From contig CAJWIT010000002.1 of assembly GCA_913041945.1 (NCBI GenBank), forward strand, positions 17,716 through 81,715: a stretch of DNA of 64,000 nucleotides, written 5' to 3'. The translations under genes and the position numbers were made by a program. Positions 39,389 to 48,646 of the stretch are shown here, one piece after another. This DNA is from an uncultured Fidelibacterota bacterium. Its GTDB lineage: Bacteria; Fidelibacterota; Marinisomatia; Marinisomatales; UBA8229. The notes under the pieces were generated by a model. It searched no databases. It was not told the DNA's origin and saw only the letters and a list, made by a program, of their open reading frames with translations. The stretch's first letter is position 1; each line of letters starts with the position of its first letter.

Positions 39389-40140
39389 CTCTGTTCCTTT
39401 ACATGAATCGCACGCGCAAGTTCTTGCATCAGAGAGGAACTGCCGGATGTTTCCAGCACTGTTCCGGTTACAATAAAACTAGCGCCGGCGTGCACCCGTT
39501 TTTCAGCATCTTCCGGTGTCCGGATCCCGCCACCTACAATCAGAGGTATATCTACTTTTTCAGATACCGTCTGAATTGTTTCGGTCGGAACCGGGGTTTG
39601 TGCTCCACTGCCGGCTTCCAAATAAACAAGTTTCATACCAAGATACTGAGCCGCCAAAGCATGAGCTTCTGTTATATCAGTACGATTCAATGGAATGGGA
39701 TGTGACGCACTCATAAATTCCACGGTAGATTTTCCACCTCCATCAAGCAGAAGATAACCAGTGGGAATCGTTTCGATCTTCAAATCACTGATAATTGGTG
39801 CTGACACTACCTGCTCACCAATTAAATATTGGGGATTCCGTCCGGAGAGCAGGGACATGAAAAGGATGGCATCATAATGTTCATTCAGTTGGTTTGCACC
39901 ACCGGGAAAAAATATAATGGGAACATTGGACAGTGCTTTTATCTTTGCCACCCTTTCATGGAACTGTCCATCCATCATTAGACTCCCACCGATGAAAATT
40001 GCATCTGCACCAGAATTATTTACAATCTCTACATAGGTTTCAAATGACCCGTCATTTTTTCGATCCGGATCGATCAGAACAATATGTCCAGCTCCTTTTC
40101 TTTCGCAAGTCTCTAACAAATATTTGTAAATATTTTTCAT
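39385..40140 (-). CDS. Geranylgeranylglyceryl/heptaprenylglyceryl phosphate synthase family protein (GGGPS/PcrB homologue)
   Basis: 251 aa TIM-barrel pattern of the GGGPS family: H.VLIDPD, ADAIFIGGS, PIIFFPG, DAILFMSLLSGRNP.YLIG.Q, GYLL.DGG..S.V....A, LVYLEAGSGA...VP, IPLIVGGGIRTPE.A......GAS.IVTG. ATGA overlap with the gmhA start. Confidence 0.85.
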   Translation of the reverse strand: MKNIYKYLLETCERKGAGHIVLIDPDRKNDGSFETYVEIVNNSGADAIFIGGSLMMDGQFHERVAKIKALSNVPIIFFPGGANQLNEHYDAILFMSLLSGRNPQYLIGEQVVSAPIISDLKIETIPTGYLLLDGGGKSTVEFMSASHPIPLNRTDITEAHALAAQYLGMKLVYLEAGSGAQTPVPTETIQTVSEKVDIPLIVGGGIRTPEDAEKRVHAGASFIVTGTVLETSGSSSLMQELARAIHVKEQR

Positions 40141-40518
40141 CTAACTCAGCAATAATTCATAATCTTCCGGTGACAATAATCCATCACTAACCATATGTTC
40201 TGTTATCTCAATCTTCATCAACCATCCCTCTCCATAAGGATCTGCATTAATGACCTCTGGAGAATTTTCAATATCATGATTGATCTCAATTATTTTTCCT
40301 TGCACCGGAGCGAAAATGTCCGCGACTGTTTTAACAGCTTCTATGGTCCCGAAGGGATCCTCTTTTTGGAATTCCTCACCAATTTCCGGAAATTCTACAA
40401 AAATTATATCCCCCAACTCTCCTTGGGCAAAATCAGTAATTCCAATTGTTAAAATATTGTCATTAATCCGAATCCATTCATGTTCTTTTGTGTATACTAA
40501 ATCTTTGGGAATCTTCAC
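40141..40518 (-). CDS. gcvH: Glycine cleavage system H protein (lipoyl carrier)
   Basis: 125 aa. Y...HEW......    ..[31 protein letters not shown] (lipoyl-Lys), NPYGEGW. GTG start overlaps the accC stop (GTGA). Confidence 0.93.
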   Translation of the reverse strand: MKIPKDLVYTKEHEWIRINDNILTIGITDFAQGELGDIIFVEFPEIGEEFQKEDPFGTIEAVKTVADIFAPVQGKIIEINHDIENSPEVINADPYGEGWLMKIEITEHMVSDGLLSPEDYELLLS

Positions 40519-41903
40519 CGCTGCTCCCTATCCTCTGCTACCTTTTCAATTGTTCCATTTGGGCTGTATTCAAATGTTTCCAAAAAACTTGTATCAAAGT
40601 TTCCTTTTTTGAATTCTTTATCACGCATGATTGCTTCATGGAATGGAATAGTTGTTTTTGGTCCTTCAATTATACACTCTTCCAGAGCGCGCTGCATCCT
40701 GTTAATAGCACGATCCCGGTTACTTGCTTGAACAATTAGTTTTCCTATCATAGAATCATAATGTGTTGGTATCTCATATCCTGCATAGGAATGTGTATCT
40801 ACCCGAACTCCTTTTCCTCCAGGCATATGAAAACTGGTAATTGTTCCTGGAGATGGAATAAAATTTTTATCAGGATCTTCCGCATTAATCCTGCATTCTA
40901 TGGAATGACCACGAAGCTGTACAGTGTCTAAATAGGCAGGATACTTCTCACCGGCATACATACGAATTTGCTGTTTTATCAGATCTGCCCCTGTCACCAT
41001 CTCTGTCACCGTATGTTCAACCTGAATCCGTGTATTCATTTCCATAAAGAAAAATTCTTTTTTCTTGTCCAAAATGAACTCCATTGTCCCAACACCGATG
41101 TATCCAATTTTTTTTGCACCATGGATGGCAGCATCACCCATTCGCTTTCTTAGTTCTCCATCTACAACTGCTGATGGAGATTCCTCCACTAACTTCTGAT
41201 GACGCCGTTGAATGGAGCATTCCCTCTCACCAAGGTGAGCAACGTTTCCATGGGCATCTCCGATGATTTGAATTTCAATATGTCGGGGGTTTTCTATAAA
41301 TTTCTCAAGATATAAATCGCCGTTCCCAAAGGATGTAATGGCTTCAGTTTGAGCAGCGGTATACAATTTTTCCATTTCATCACGGTTTTCTACCATCCGC
41401 ATTCCTTTACCCCCGCCACCAGCAGTCGCCTTCAGCATCACAGGGTATACAACTTCCTCTGCTAACTTCAGTGCCTCCGAAGGGCTGGAAAGTAAACCGT
41501 CACTACCTGGAATGACTGATACCCCTGCATTGCTCATGCTCTCCTTGGCTTGTGCTTTATCTCCCATCGCATTGATGATCTCCGGGGACGGTCCAATAAA
41601 AGCGAAACCATTTTCTTGACAAATTCGGGAAAAGTCTGCACTCTCTGCTAAAAATCCATATCCCGGATGAATTGCGTCAGCATTCGTGATCTCGCCTGCT
41701 GCAATAATCCGCGGTATATTCAAATAACTTTCAGAGCTGGAACCCGGTCCGATACAAATCGCTTCATCGGCAAATCTTACATGAAGGGAAAACTTATCAA
41801 CTGTGGAATACACAGCAACTGTTTTTATCCTCAATTCATGACAGGCTCGAATAATCCGCAGGGCAATCTCACCCCGGTTTGCAATCAGTATTTTGTTAAA
41901 CAT
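40515..41903 (-). CDS. accC: Acetyl-CoA carboxylase, biotin carboxylase subunit
   Basis: 462 aa. [37 protein letters not shown]...[38 protein letters not shown]. Confidence 0.95.
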   Translation of the reverse strand: MFNKILIANRGEIALRIIRACHELRIKTVAVYSTVDKFSLHVRFADEAICIGPGSSSESYLNIPRIIAAGEITNADAIHPGYGFLAESADFSRICQENGFAFIGPSPEIINAMGDKAQAKESMSNAGVSVIPGSDGLLSSPSEALKLAEEVVYPVMLKATAGGGGKGMRMVENRDEMEKLYTAAQTEAITSFGNGDLYLEKFIENPRHIEIQIIGDAHGNVAHLGERECSIQRRHQKLVEESPSAVVDGELRKRMGDAAIHGAKKIGYIGVGTMEFILDKKKEFFFMEMNTRIQVEHTVTEMVTGADLIKQQIRMYAGEKYPAYLDTVQLRGHSIECRINAEDPDKNFIPSPGTITSFHMPGGKGVRVDTHSYAGYEIPTHYDSMIGKLIVQASNRDRAINRMQRALEECIIEGPKTTIPFHEAIMRDKEFKKGNFDTSFLETFEYSPNGTIEKVAEDREQR

Positions 41904-41909
41904 TCAGGC

Positions 41910-42374
41910 TCAGGATGAAGAACTAAGAATAAAAAGTGGTTGATCATATTCCACTGGTGCCCCATCTTTTACTAAGACACTTTGAATAACCCCGCTGGAC
42001 TCAGCTTCTATCTCATTCATAATCTTCATTGCCTCGATAATACACAAAGTGTCTCCTTTAGCCACTTGATCACCTTCTTTTACAAAAGAATCTTTATCCG
42101 GGCTTGAAGATCGATAGAAAGTTCCAGGCATAGGTGAAAAAACCTCCATTCCATCTTTTGGCAATTTTGGGGACGATTCAGAAGGAAGTTCAGAAACATC
42201 AGATGAAATTGGTGTCTCCACACGTACAGTACTATCTGAATCAAGATCATCAGACAATACCTCTGGTGGACTTTTAACCACTCGGAACCTGCGGCCCCAA
42301 AAGGTTAAGTCTATTTCATTCACTGTGGAATTTTCTAATAAATAAATAATCTCTTTTATCTTATCCTGCCACAT
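41910..42374 (-). CDS. accB: Biotin carboxyl carrier protein of acetyl-CoA carboxylase
   Basis: 154 aa. S/P/D-rich linker, then [13 protein letters not shown]....[24 protein letters not shown] (biotinyl-Lys motif EAMK). Confidence 0.9.
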   Translation of the reverse strand: MWQDKIKEIIYLLENSTVNEIDLTFWGRRFRVVKSPPEVLSDDLDSDSTVRVETPISSDVSELPSESSPKLPKDGMEVFSPMPGTFYRSSSPDKDSFVKEGDQVAKGDTLCIIEAMKIMNEIEAESSGVIQSVLVKDGAPVEYDQPLFILSSSS

Positions 42375-42412
42375 AAGTTTCTCCAGTTACTTTTTTCACT
42401 AGTTTAACAAAA

Positions 42413-42973
42413 TTATTTTGCGCGTTCTATATATCGACCTGTACGGGTATCAATTTTTATTTTGTCATCAGAACTTACAAATAAAGGTACCTGAATTATA
42501 AATCCGGTTTCCAAAGTTGCTGGTTTTGTAGCACCTGTTGCTGTATTCCCCTTAAACCCAGGCTCTGTGTCAGTCACTTGTAAAACGACATGAGCAGGAA
42601 TACGAATATCCAATATTTCCTGACCATCAAATAATAAATCCACATTCATCCCTGCCACTAAAAAATCCTTTCCACGATTAATTGTAGATTCAGAAACAGT
42701 TATTTGGTCATAAGTTTTATTATCCATAAAAATAAAAAAATCCCCATCATTATACAGGTATTGCATAGGCTTCACCTCAACCCGTATAATTTCTATCCGG
42801 GCTCCGGCATTGAAGGTTTCATCAATTATTTTACCAGTTTGAATGTCCTTCAATTTCGTTCGGACAAAAGCCCCTCCCTTTCCAGGTTTTACATGTTGGA
42901 ATTCCAACACTTTCATTCTTTTCCCCTTATGAAGAAGAACTGCATTATTTCGAATCTCTGCTGTTGTACCCAA
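42413..42973 (-). CDS. efp: Translation elongation factor P
   Basis: EF-P blocks: FQHVKPGKGGAFVRTKLKD..TGK, ...Q.LY.DGD...FMD..TY.Q, KPATLETG....VP.F. The listed 211-aa ORF is about 25 aa too long. TTG at 42973, preceded by AAGGA at 5-nt spacing, gives (M)GTTAEIRNN.. and a normal ~186-aa EF-P. Confidence 0.9.
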   Translation of the reverse strand: MGTTAEIRNNAVLLHKGKRMKVLEFQHVKPGKGGAFVRTKLKDIQTGKIIDETFNAGARIEIIRVEVKPMQYLYNDGDFFIFMDNKTYDQITVSESTINRGKDFLVAGMNVDLLFDGQEILDIRIPAHVVLQVTDTEPGFKGNTATGATKPATLETGFIIQVPLFVSSDDKIKIDTRTGRYIERAK

Positions 42974-43069
42974 AATTATCCTTAATTTTTCACAATAATT
43001 TACCGATTGCCAATAAGAATTCAAACTTACGAATTCTCTCCACATCATTTGTGTCTTTTGTTTTAATTC

Positions 43070-43993
43070 TCACGACACTCCTACTTGAAGTTTTCTCCAG
43101 TAATTGTTTGTCAAAGTAACAAACTGTCTTGACCATTCTAAATCATTTTCCCGTTTATTTTCTTCAGGAATCTGTTTCGCATATTTAATAAGGTCAGATC
43201 GTTTCAGTAATTCTATCCATTCTTTCAAAAGGTATGTTTCCATTTGAATTAATGAACTGTAAGAATCAATCTCCTCTGTTGTCATTTCCAGGGTTTTAAT
43301 ATAAATGCTTGACTCAACATATTTACGAAGTATATAGGATAATTCCACATAAAATTTCTTTACATCGCAAACTTTTTTTATTAACTCAAGACTGTCCAAT
43401 GCTTCCTCATACGGAGGAGGAATTACGTTCTGTATTATTTCTTTTCTCTTTTCAATTTGAATTCTCCTTGTCCAAAGATAAACCATATATCCAAACAGCA
43501 AAAGAAAGACTATCGATAAAATAATTTTTCTGTATGAAATTGGTGTGGTAACCGGGACGGGTTCTTTAATTGGCTTCAAATCTTTACCATCCGAATTTTT
43601 TATCGTTGAGTAGACCGTGATAAAAAACGGATCAGTCTCCATGATATAGTCAACGGTATTATCAGCTTTCATAATTTCTATAGGATAAGGCGGAATTTCA
43701 AGCCGACCTGTATCCCAAAACACAATGTTAAATACAACTCCTTTTCCCTTTTTCAAATACTGCTTCTGCCGAATTTCAAAGAATTCAGAATCTTCCATAT
43801 CGGGGAAAGATAAATGCAGACCGTCAGATTCTTCAGCTATAATTCTCAGGGATACAATATCGCCGATTGTAGCCTTTGTAGTATCCACTTCTGCTTTTAT
43901 ATGAAATGATTCAATTTGAGAATCTTTGCTGCAACCGATCACAAATAAAATACATACCAAGCTAAAAAAATATCTAAATAATCTGTAATACAT
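43070..43993 (-). CDS. Membrane lipoprotein, BatD-like N-terminal domain fused to a DUF4381-like TM + helical domain (hypothetical)
   Basis: 307 aa. Lipoprotein signal ..CILFVIGC-SKD. A beta-rich ~150 aa resembles BatD 'oxygen tolerance' proteins (VDTTKATIGDIVSLRI...). One TM helix (IILSIVFLLLFGYMVYLW). Then a helical tail (PPPYEEALDSLELI....FYVELSYILRKYVE....TLEMTTEEI). Sits directly downstream of MoxR + DUF58. Domain names are from memory of family patterns, not a search. Confidence 0.45.
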   Translation of the reverse strand: MYYRLFRYFFSLVCILFVIGCSKDSQIESFHIKAEVDTTKATIGDIVSLRIIAEESDGLHLSFPDMEDSEFFEIRQKQYLKKGKGVVFNIVFWDTGRLEIPPYPIEIMKADNTVDYIMETDPFFITVYSTIKNSDGKDLKPIKEPVPVTTPISYRKIILSIVFLLLFGYMVYLWTRRIQIEKRKEIIQNVIPPPYEEALDSLELIKKVCDVKKFYVELSYILRKYVESSIYIKTLEMTTEEIDSYSSLIQMETYLLKEWIELLKRSDLIKYAKQIPEENKRENDLEWSRQFVTLTNNYWRKLQVGVS

Positions 43994-44001
43994 ACGATAA
44001 C

Positions 44002-44877
44002 TTAAAACCGCTTTTCACGTTGTTTAAAAAAGGACATGAGTGGCTCTACATAATCTTCTGTGGTAGAAACTGTGATAAGATCAAATTTTATTCGTTCACT
44101 TTCCTTTTTCAGCTTTCCTAATCTTTCCTTCATAGTACGGTTGTAGTTCAATCGTTCCTGGTAGGAACGTGTATCAATCCACACTTCCTTCTCTGTTTCA
44201 GGATCATGAACCTTTACTAGACCCATATCAGGAAACTCAACTTCCGATTGGTCAAAAAGGTGAATTCCAATTAAATCGTGCTTTCGGTTTGCAATGCGAA
44301 GTGTTTTCCAATATCCATCATCCTGGAAATCAGAAATGAGAAAGACAACACTTTGACGTTTTGAAACTTTGAGAAGAAAATCGAGGGCTTTGTTTATGGA
44401 AGTTCCTTTGCCCCGGGGTTTATGATACAGCAATTCTCGTATAACCCGCAATACATGGGATTTCCCTTTCTTTGGAGCTATATATTGCTCAACATCATCA
44501 CTAAAAAGAATCACACCAACCTTGTCATTGTTTTTAATCGCTGAGAATCCGAGGACAGCTCCGATTTCTGCTCCGATTTCCGTCTTGAATTTCTCAATAG
44601 TTCCAAAATGACCGGAGCGGCTCACGTCCACCAAAAGAAAAACAGTCAACTCTCTTTCTTCTTCAAATATCTTCACAAAAGGTGTACCAGTTCTTGCCGT
44701 CACATTCCAATCAATAAGGCGGATATCATCTCCTGGTTGGTATTCACGGACCTCAGAAAAGGTCATTCCTCTCCCCTTAAAAACAGAATGGTATTCTCCC
44801 CCAAACAGATTATTTACCACCCCTCGTGTTCGGATTTCAATCCGTCGTACTTTCTGCAGAATTTCTTTCGGGATCAT
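44002..44877 (-). CDS. DUF58 domain protein (vWA-like partner of MoxR ATPases)
   Basis: 291 aa. G.H.S.FKGRGM.F.EVREYQPGDDIR.IDWN.TAR.G.PFVK.F.EEREL.V.LLVD.S.S. Confidence 0.8.
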   Translation of the reverse strand: MIPKEILQKVRRIEIRTRGVVNNLFGGEYHSVFKGRGMTFSEVREYQPGDDIRLIDWNVTARTGTPFVKIFEEERELTVFLLVDVSRSGHFGTIEKFKTEIGAEIGAVLGFSAIKNNDKVGVILFSDDVEQYIAPKKGKSHVLRVIRELLYHKPRGKGTSINKALDFLLKVSKRQSVVFLISDFQDDGYWKTLRIANRKHDLIGIHLFDQSEVEFPDMGLVKVHDPETEKEVWIDTRSYQERLNYNRTMKERLGKLKKESERIKFDLITVSTTEDYVEPLMSFFKQREKRF

Positions 44878-44966
44878 CGCTACAATTGACTATAAGTTAG
44901 ATGACTGTTTGCGTTAATGGAAACGCACCATTTAATTGGAATGAACTGAATTAATCCTACTTATTT

Positions 44967-45962
44967 TTAAGGGATTTCAATCGTTTCAAACAATCTCCGA
45001 ATAATATCCTCTGAAGTGATCTCTTCCGCTTCGGCTTCGTAGGTTAAAATGATTCTATGGCGAAGAACATCCGCTCCAATATAACGTATGTCTTCAGGGG
45101 TCACATATCCACGATGTTCTAAAAACGCTCTGGATTTTGCTGCCAGGATCAGATTAATTGATGCTCGCGGGGATCCTCCATATTCAATAAGTCCCTCCAT
45201 ATCCTTCAACTCGTATTGATCAGGATTCCTTGTGGAAAACACAAGATTTAATACATACTCCTCTACTTTCTGATCAACATAAATATCATCTATTACTTTT
45301 TGAGCCTTCAAAATCTGTTGTTGATTTACTACCGGTGTCAATACAGTATCAATTTGAGTTCTGGCAGCTTTGCGGAGTATTAGTCTTTCTTCATCTATGG
45401 ATGGATAGTCTACTCTTACCTTCAGCATAAAACGATCAGTCTGCGCTTCTGGTAAGGGATACGTGCCTTCCTGTTCTATCGGATTTTGGGTCGCAAGAAC
45501 TAAAAATGGTGCATCCATCAAATAAGTTTCTTTTCCGATGGTTGTCTGACGTTCCTGCATCGCTTCAAGGAGAGCACTCTGCACTTTTGATGGTGCACGG
45601 TTAATTTCATCAGCAAGGATGATGTTTGTGAATATCGGTCCTTTTCTTGTATCAAATTTCCCTGTGTGCTGGTTATAAATAAGAGTACCAATTAAATCTG
45701 CCGGCAGCATATCGGGTGTAAATTGAATCCGTTGAAATTTCGTATCAATTAATTGGGATAATGACTTTACAACCAGTGTTTTAGCCAGTCCTGGGACTCC
45801 CTCCAACAAAATATGCCCATTCGCCAACATACCAATCAGAATCCGGTTCACTAATTCTTCTTGGCCAACAATAACTTCTTTGAGAGCTTTTTTTACATCA
45901 TCAACAAAGGTGGATTCCCGTGAAATCCTTTCATTGATCTCAGTTAAACTAAAATCTGACAT
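44967..45962 (-). CDS. MoxR-family AAA+ ATPase
   Basis: 331 aa. GHILLEGVPGLAKT (Walker A), RIQFTPD.LP.D..G, ILADEINRA..K.QSALLEAM.E.Q.T, ATQNP.E.EGTYPLPEAQ.DRF, ASPRA. Confidence 0.9.
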   Translation of the reverse strand: MSDFSLTEINERISRESTFVDDVKKALKEVIVGQEELVNRILIGMLANGHILLEGVPGLAKTLVVKSLSQLIDTKFQRIQFTPDMLPADLIGTLIYNQHTGKFDTRKGPIFTNIILADEINRAPSKVQSALLEAMQERQTTIGKETYLMDAPFLVLATQNPIEQEGTYPLPEAQTDRFMLKVRVDYPSIDEERLILRKAARTQIDTVLTPVVNQQQILKAQKVIDDIYVDQKVEEYVLNLVFSTRNPDQYELKDMEGLIEYGGSPRASINLILAAKSRAFLEHRGYVTPEDIRYIGADVLRHRIILTYEAEAEEITSEDIIRRLFETIEIP

Positions 45963-45974
45963 AACAAATTAGGT

Positions 45975-46709
45975 TTAAGAGGTTATATGTTTGAGCTGGG
46001 GAATATCATTTATATCCTTGCCAATAAAATCCAATTCAAATTTTACAGATGGTGTTAACTCATGGTCAGGATATTTTTGTAAAAATGAATTATATTCAAC
46101 CTGGGCATTTTCAGAATCATCCAATACATTTGCATAGATATACCCAATCATAAACTGGGCATGGGGCTCCTGTTTTGATCCCGAAAAATCATTGATTATT
46201 TTACGGTAGGAGTCAATTGCCAAATCAAAATTCCGTTGATCATTCATATAAATATCTCCGATGAGATATTGGGCTTTGGGGGCAATTTCATGAGAGGGAA
46301 ATTTATTCACTAAATAATCTAGTGTTTTAATAGAGCCATTAATATCCTTGGCATTCCTTTTTGTTTCTGCTGTCGTAAACAGCCAATTAGGAAATTGCCT
46401 TATTTCCTCTCTGCTTCTTATTCCATAATCTGAATCAGGATAGTTATTCACTAGGCTATTCAGCGTTTTATACCCATTATCATAATCATTGAGGTAATCG
46501 AGGTAGACCCTGGCAATTTGATAACCCGCACTGTCAGCCAAAGGATCATGTGGATGTTTTTCAAAAATGACTTGGAATGACTCGAGAGCAAAATCATATT
46601 TTTCATTTAAAAGATGTTCCTGTCCGATCTGCATCACTTCTTTCGGTGATTTTCCACAAGCCGAAAACAGAGTTAGGACAATACCCAATATTAGTAGTTT
46701 TATCTTCAT
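45975..46709 (-). CDS. TPR-repeat outer-membrane lipoprotein (BamD/YfiO- or YbgF-like)
   Basis: ATG at 46709 gives MKIKLLILGIVLTLFSAC-GKS (lipobox). The body has repeated ..YP.S.Y...A.Y.IG..Y motifs typical of BamD-like TPR lipoproteins. It lies immediately downstream of the Omp85/TamB pair. A TTG start 15 nt upstream is the alternative. Confidence 0.55.
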   Translation of the reverse strand: MKIKLLILGIVLTLFSACGKSPKEVMQIGQEHLLNEKYDFALESFQVIFEKHPHDPLADSAGYQIARVYLDYLNDYDNGYKTLNSLVNNYPDSDYGIRSREEIRQFPNWLFTTAETKRNAKDINGSIKTLDYLVNKFPSHEIAPKAQYLIGDIYMNDQRNFDLAIDSYRKIINDFSGSKQEPHAQFMIGYIYANVLDDSENAQVEYNSFLQKYPDHELTPSVKFELDFIGKDINDIPQLKHITS

Positions 46710-46822
46710 GATTTTCCCTGACAATATTTATTTATTAACAAAACTGTTTAATTTATGTGAAATCAATTGTTCATTCAAAATAAAATAGGAAGTTTACCTT
46801 GAAAAAAAATCCAATTTTTAAT

Positions 46823-48646
46823 TTAAAAAATATAGCTGGCCCCCAATTGAATTTTCCACGAATTAAAACCACCCGTTGATTCTATTAGTGGAATTGCAAA
46901 ATCCAACCGGAGCGGAACAAGAGGAGTCATAAGAGTGATACCAAATCCTCCGTCCCATTCAATTTGATCAATGGATTGATTGTGAAAGGAATCTGTTAGA
47001 TATCCCCCATCAATAAATAATTCACCCCCGAGAATCCAGAAAAGCGGGAAACGAATTTCCCAATTCACCATTAGGCGAATGATATCTCCATCGGGCATAC
47101 CATCCTCATCTATTTTGAATTTTAACATATCCCAACCCCGGAGACTTGAACTCCCTCCAAGATAAAATTTCTCATACTGAATATCATTATAAGATTCCTC
47201 CCAGCCAAAGATCATTCCATATTTCAGCCTTCCAGCTAAAACTATTTTCTTATGTATCTGGATATATTTATTTATCCCAAGGTCAATTTTAACATAATCT
47301 CTCGTACCACCCAATATTCCCCCGGTTTGGCTAACTTCACCTGTCAGCCGATATCCATTATGTGGAAATAATGGATCATCTGATCTATCTAATAAACCCC
47401 TCATTTTAAATGTTCTTTGCTCTATTTCTTGTTGATCATTTTCATATCCAATAAACTGTTCCCAATTCAAACCTGTCTCTATAAAAGAAAATTTGTCAAA
47501 TTTTTTATGACTCGTAAGCTGTAAGCCATAACGCATTACAGGAGATAGAGATCCTTCTTGACCTAAATTTGTAAAAGTTTCATAGAAAAGTCTAATTCTA
47601 GTTGGAATTCGACGTTCTAAAAACCACTGATTGGAAAAATCCATATTCATTCCAAATTTGGGATAAATAAGATATAAGTAATCCTCAGATAAAAGACCTT
47701 GTACAATAACTCTTGCAGAAAAGTTTGTTGTAGATCTAGCTAAACTTCTATTCCTCCATTCAATCTCTCCTCCTATCCCTGGGATGGGTTCAACACCTCT
47801 ATAATATTCAATGGGAAAATATCCACCCTCAGATGACCATTGTTTTGGTGTGAATTGTCGTAGTTCAATCAGCACATTTACAGTAGTGTCACTTCCTGCA
47901 ACCGGCAAGGGAGTGATTCCAGCAAAAGAAAACACACCTGTTTGCAGTATTCTTCGCTTTGTTAAATCTATTTCCTCTTTTTTGTAAAGATCGCCTGATT
48001 CGAATGCTATTTCCCTAGTGACATTATCTTCCCCCAAATTCTGGAGACCTTCGATAAAAAAAGTGTCTATGTATACATCGGGACCTTCTTCAACTTGAAT
48101 TTGAACATTTACAGAATCTCCAATTTTGTCGGTGATCATTATTGATGAAAATAATTTCCCATATTGTTCATACTCTTGTCTAACTAAAGATACATTTTTA
48201 TTTGCTGTGACAGGGTTATACGGTTTTTTCGGTATGTATTCTAATATTTTATTAATTGTTTTATCAGTAATGGTTTGGTTTCCTTGAATTTCTACTGAAC
48301 GTAAAAAGTATTGCTTTCCTTCAGTTATTTTTAAAAATATATGTACTTCACCATCCACAATTTGAGTGGAATCTTCTACACTGGCTTCCAAAAACCCATT
48401 TGAAATGTATAATGTTTTAACACTGATGGCATCAAGCCTGAGTATGCGTGGATCAAATTCCTGAGAAGAAAAGATTGTTGATTTTTTCGTCCTCATGGCA
48501 GAGAATATTAGACTCTCTTTTACTTTTTCAGCACCAATGATACTCATCGTTTTTACCGTTTTTTTTTGACTAGCTAGCAAGAAACACGAAAAAAAAGAAA
48601 TAACCAAAAGAAATACTTTTTTGTTAAAAAGTAAATTAATATGCAT
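46823..48646 (-). CDS. Omp85-family outer membrane protein (TamA/TamL/BamA-like: POTRA repeats + surface-antigen beta-barrel)
   Basis: 607 aa. N-terminal signal. POTRA-like repeats (I.I.G......I......K.....F........L...Y...GF..A.V). C-terminal barrel with alternating aromatic strands, ending ..WKIQLGASYIF (terminal Phe). The start overlaps the tamB stop by 11 nt. Confidence 0.75.
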   Translation of the reverse strand: MHINLLFNKKVFLLVISFFSCFLLASQKKTVKTMSIIGAEKVKESLIFSAMRTKKSTIFSSQEFDPRILRLDAISVKTLYISNGFLEASVEDSTQIVDGEVHIFLKITEGKQYFLRSVEIQGNQTITDKTINKILEYIPKKPYNPVTANKNVSLVRQEYEQYGKLFSSIMITDKIGDSVNVQIQVEEGPDVYIDTFFIEGLQNLGEDNVTREIAFESGDLYKKEEIDLTKRRILQTGVFSFAGITPLPVAGSDTTVNVLIELRQFTPKQWSSEGGYFPIEYYRGVEPIPGIGGEIEWRNRSLARSTTNFSARVIVQGLLSEDYLYLIYPKFGMNMDFSNQWFLERRIPTRIRLFYETFTNLGQEGSLSPVMRYGLQLTSHKKFDKFSFIETGLNWEQFIGYENDQQEIEQRTFKMRGLLDRSDDPLFPHNGYRLTGEVSQTGGILGGTRDYVKIDLGINKYIQIHKKIVLAGRLKYGMIFGWEESYNDIQYEKFYLGGSSSLRGWDMLKFKIDEDGMPDGDIIRLMVNWEIRFPLFWILGGELFIDGGYLTDSFHNQSIDQIEWDGGFGITLMTPLVPLRLDFAIPLIESTGGFNSWKIQLGASYIF

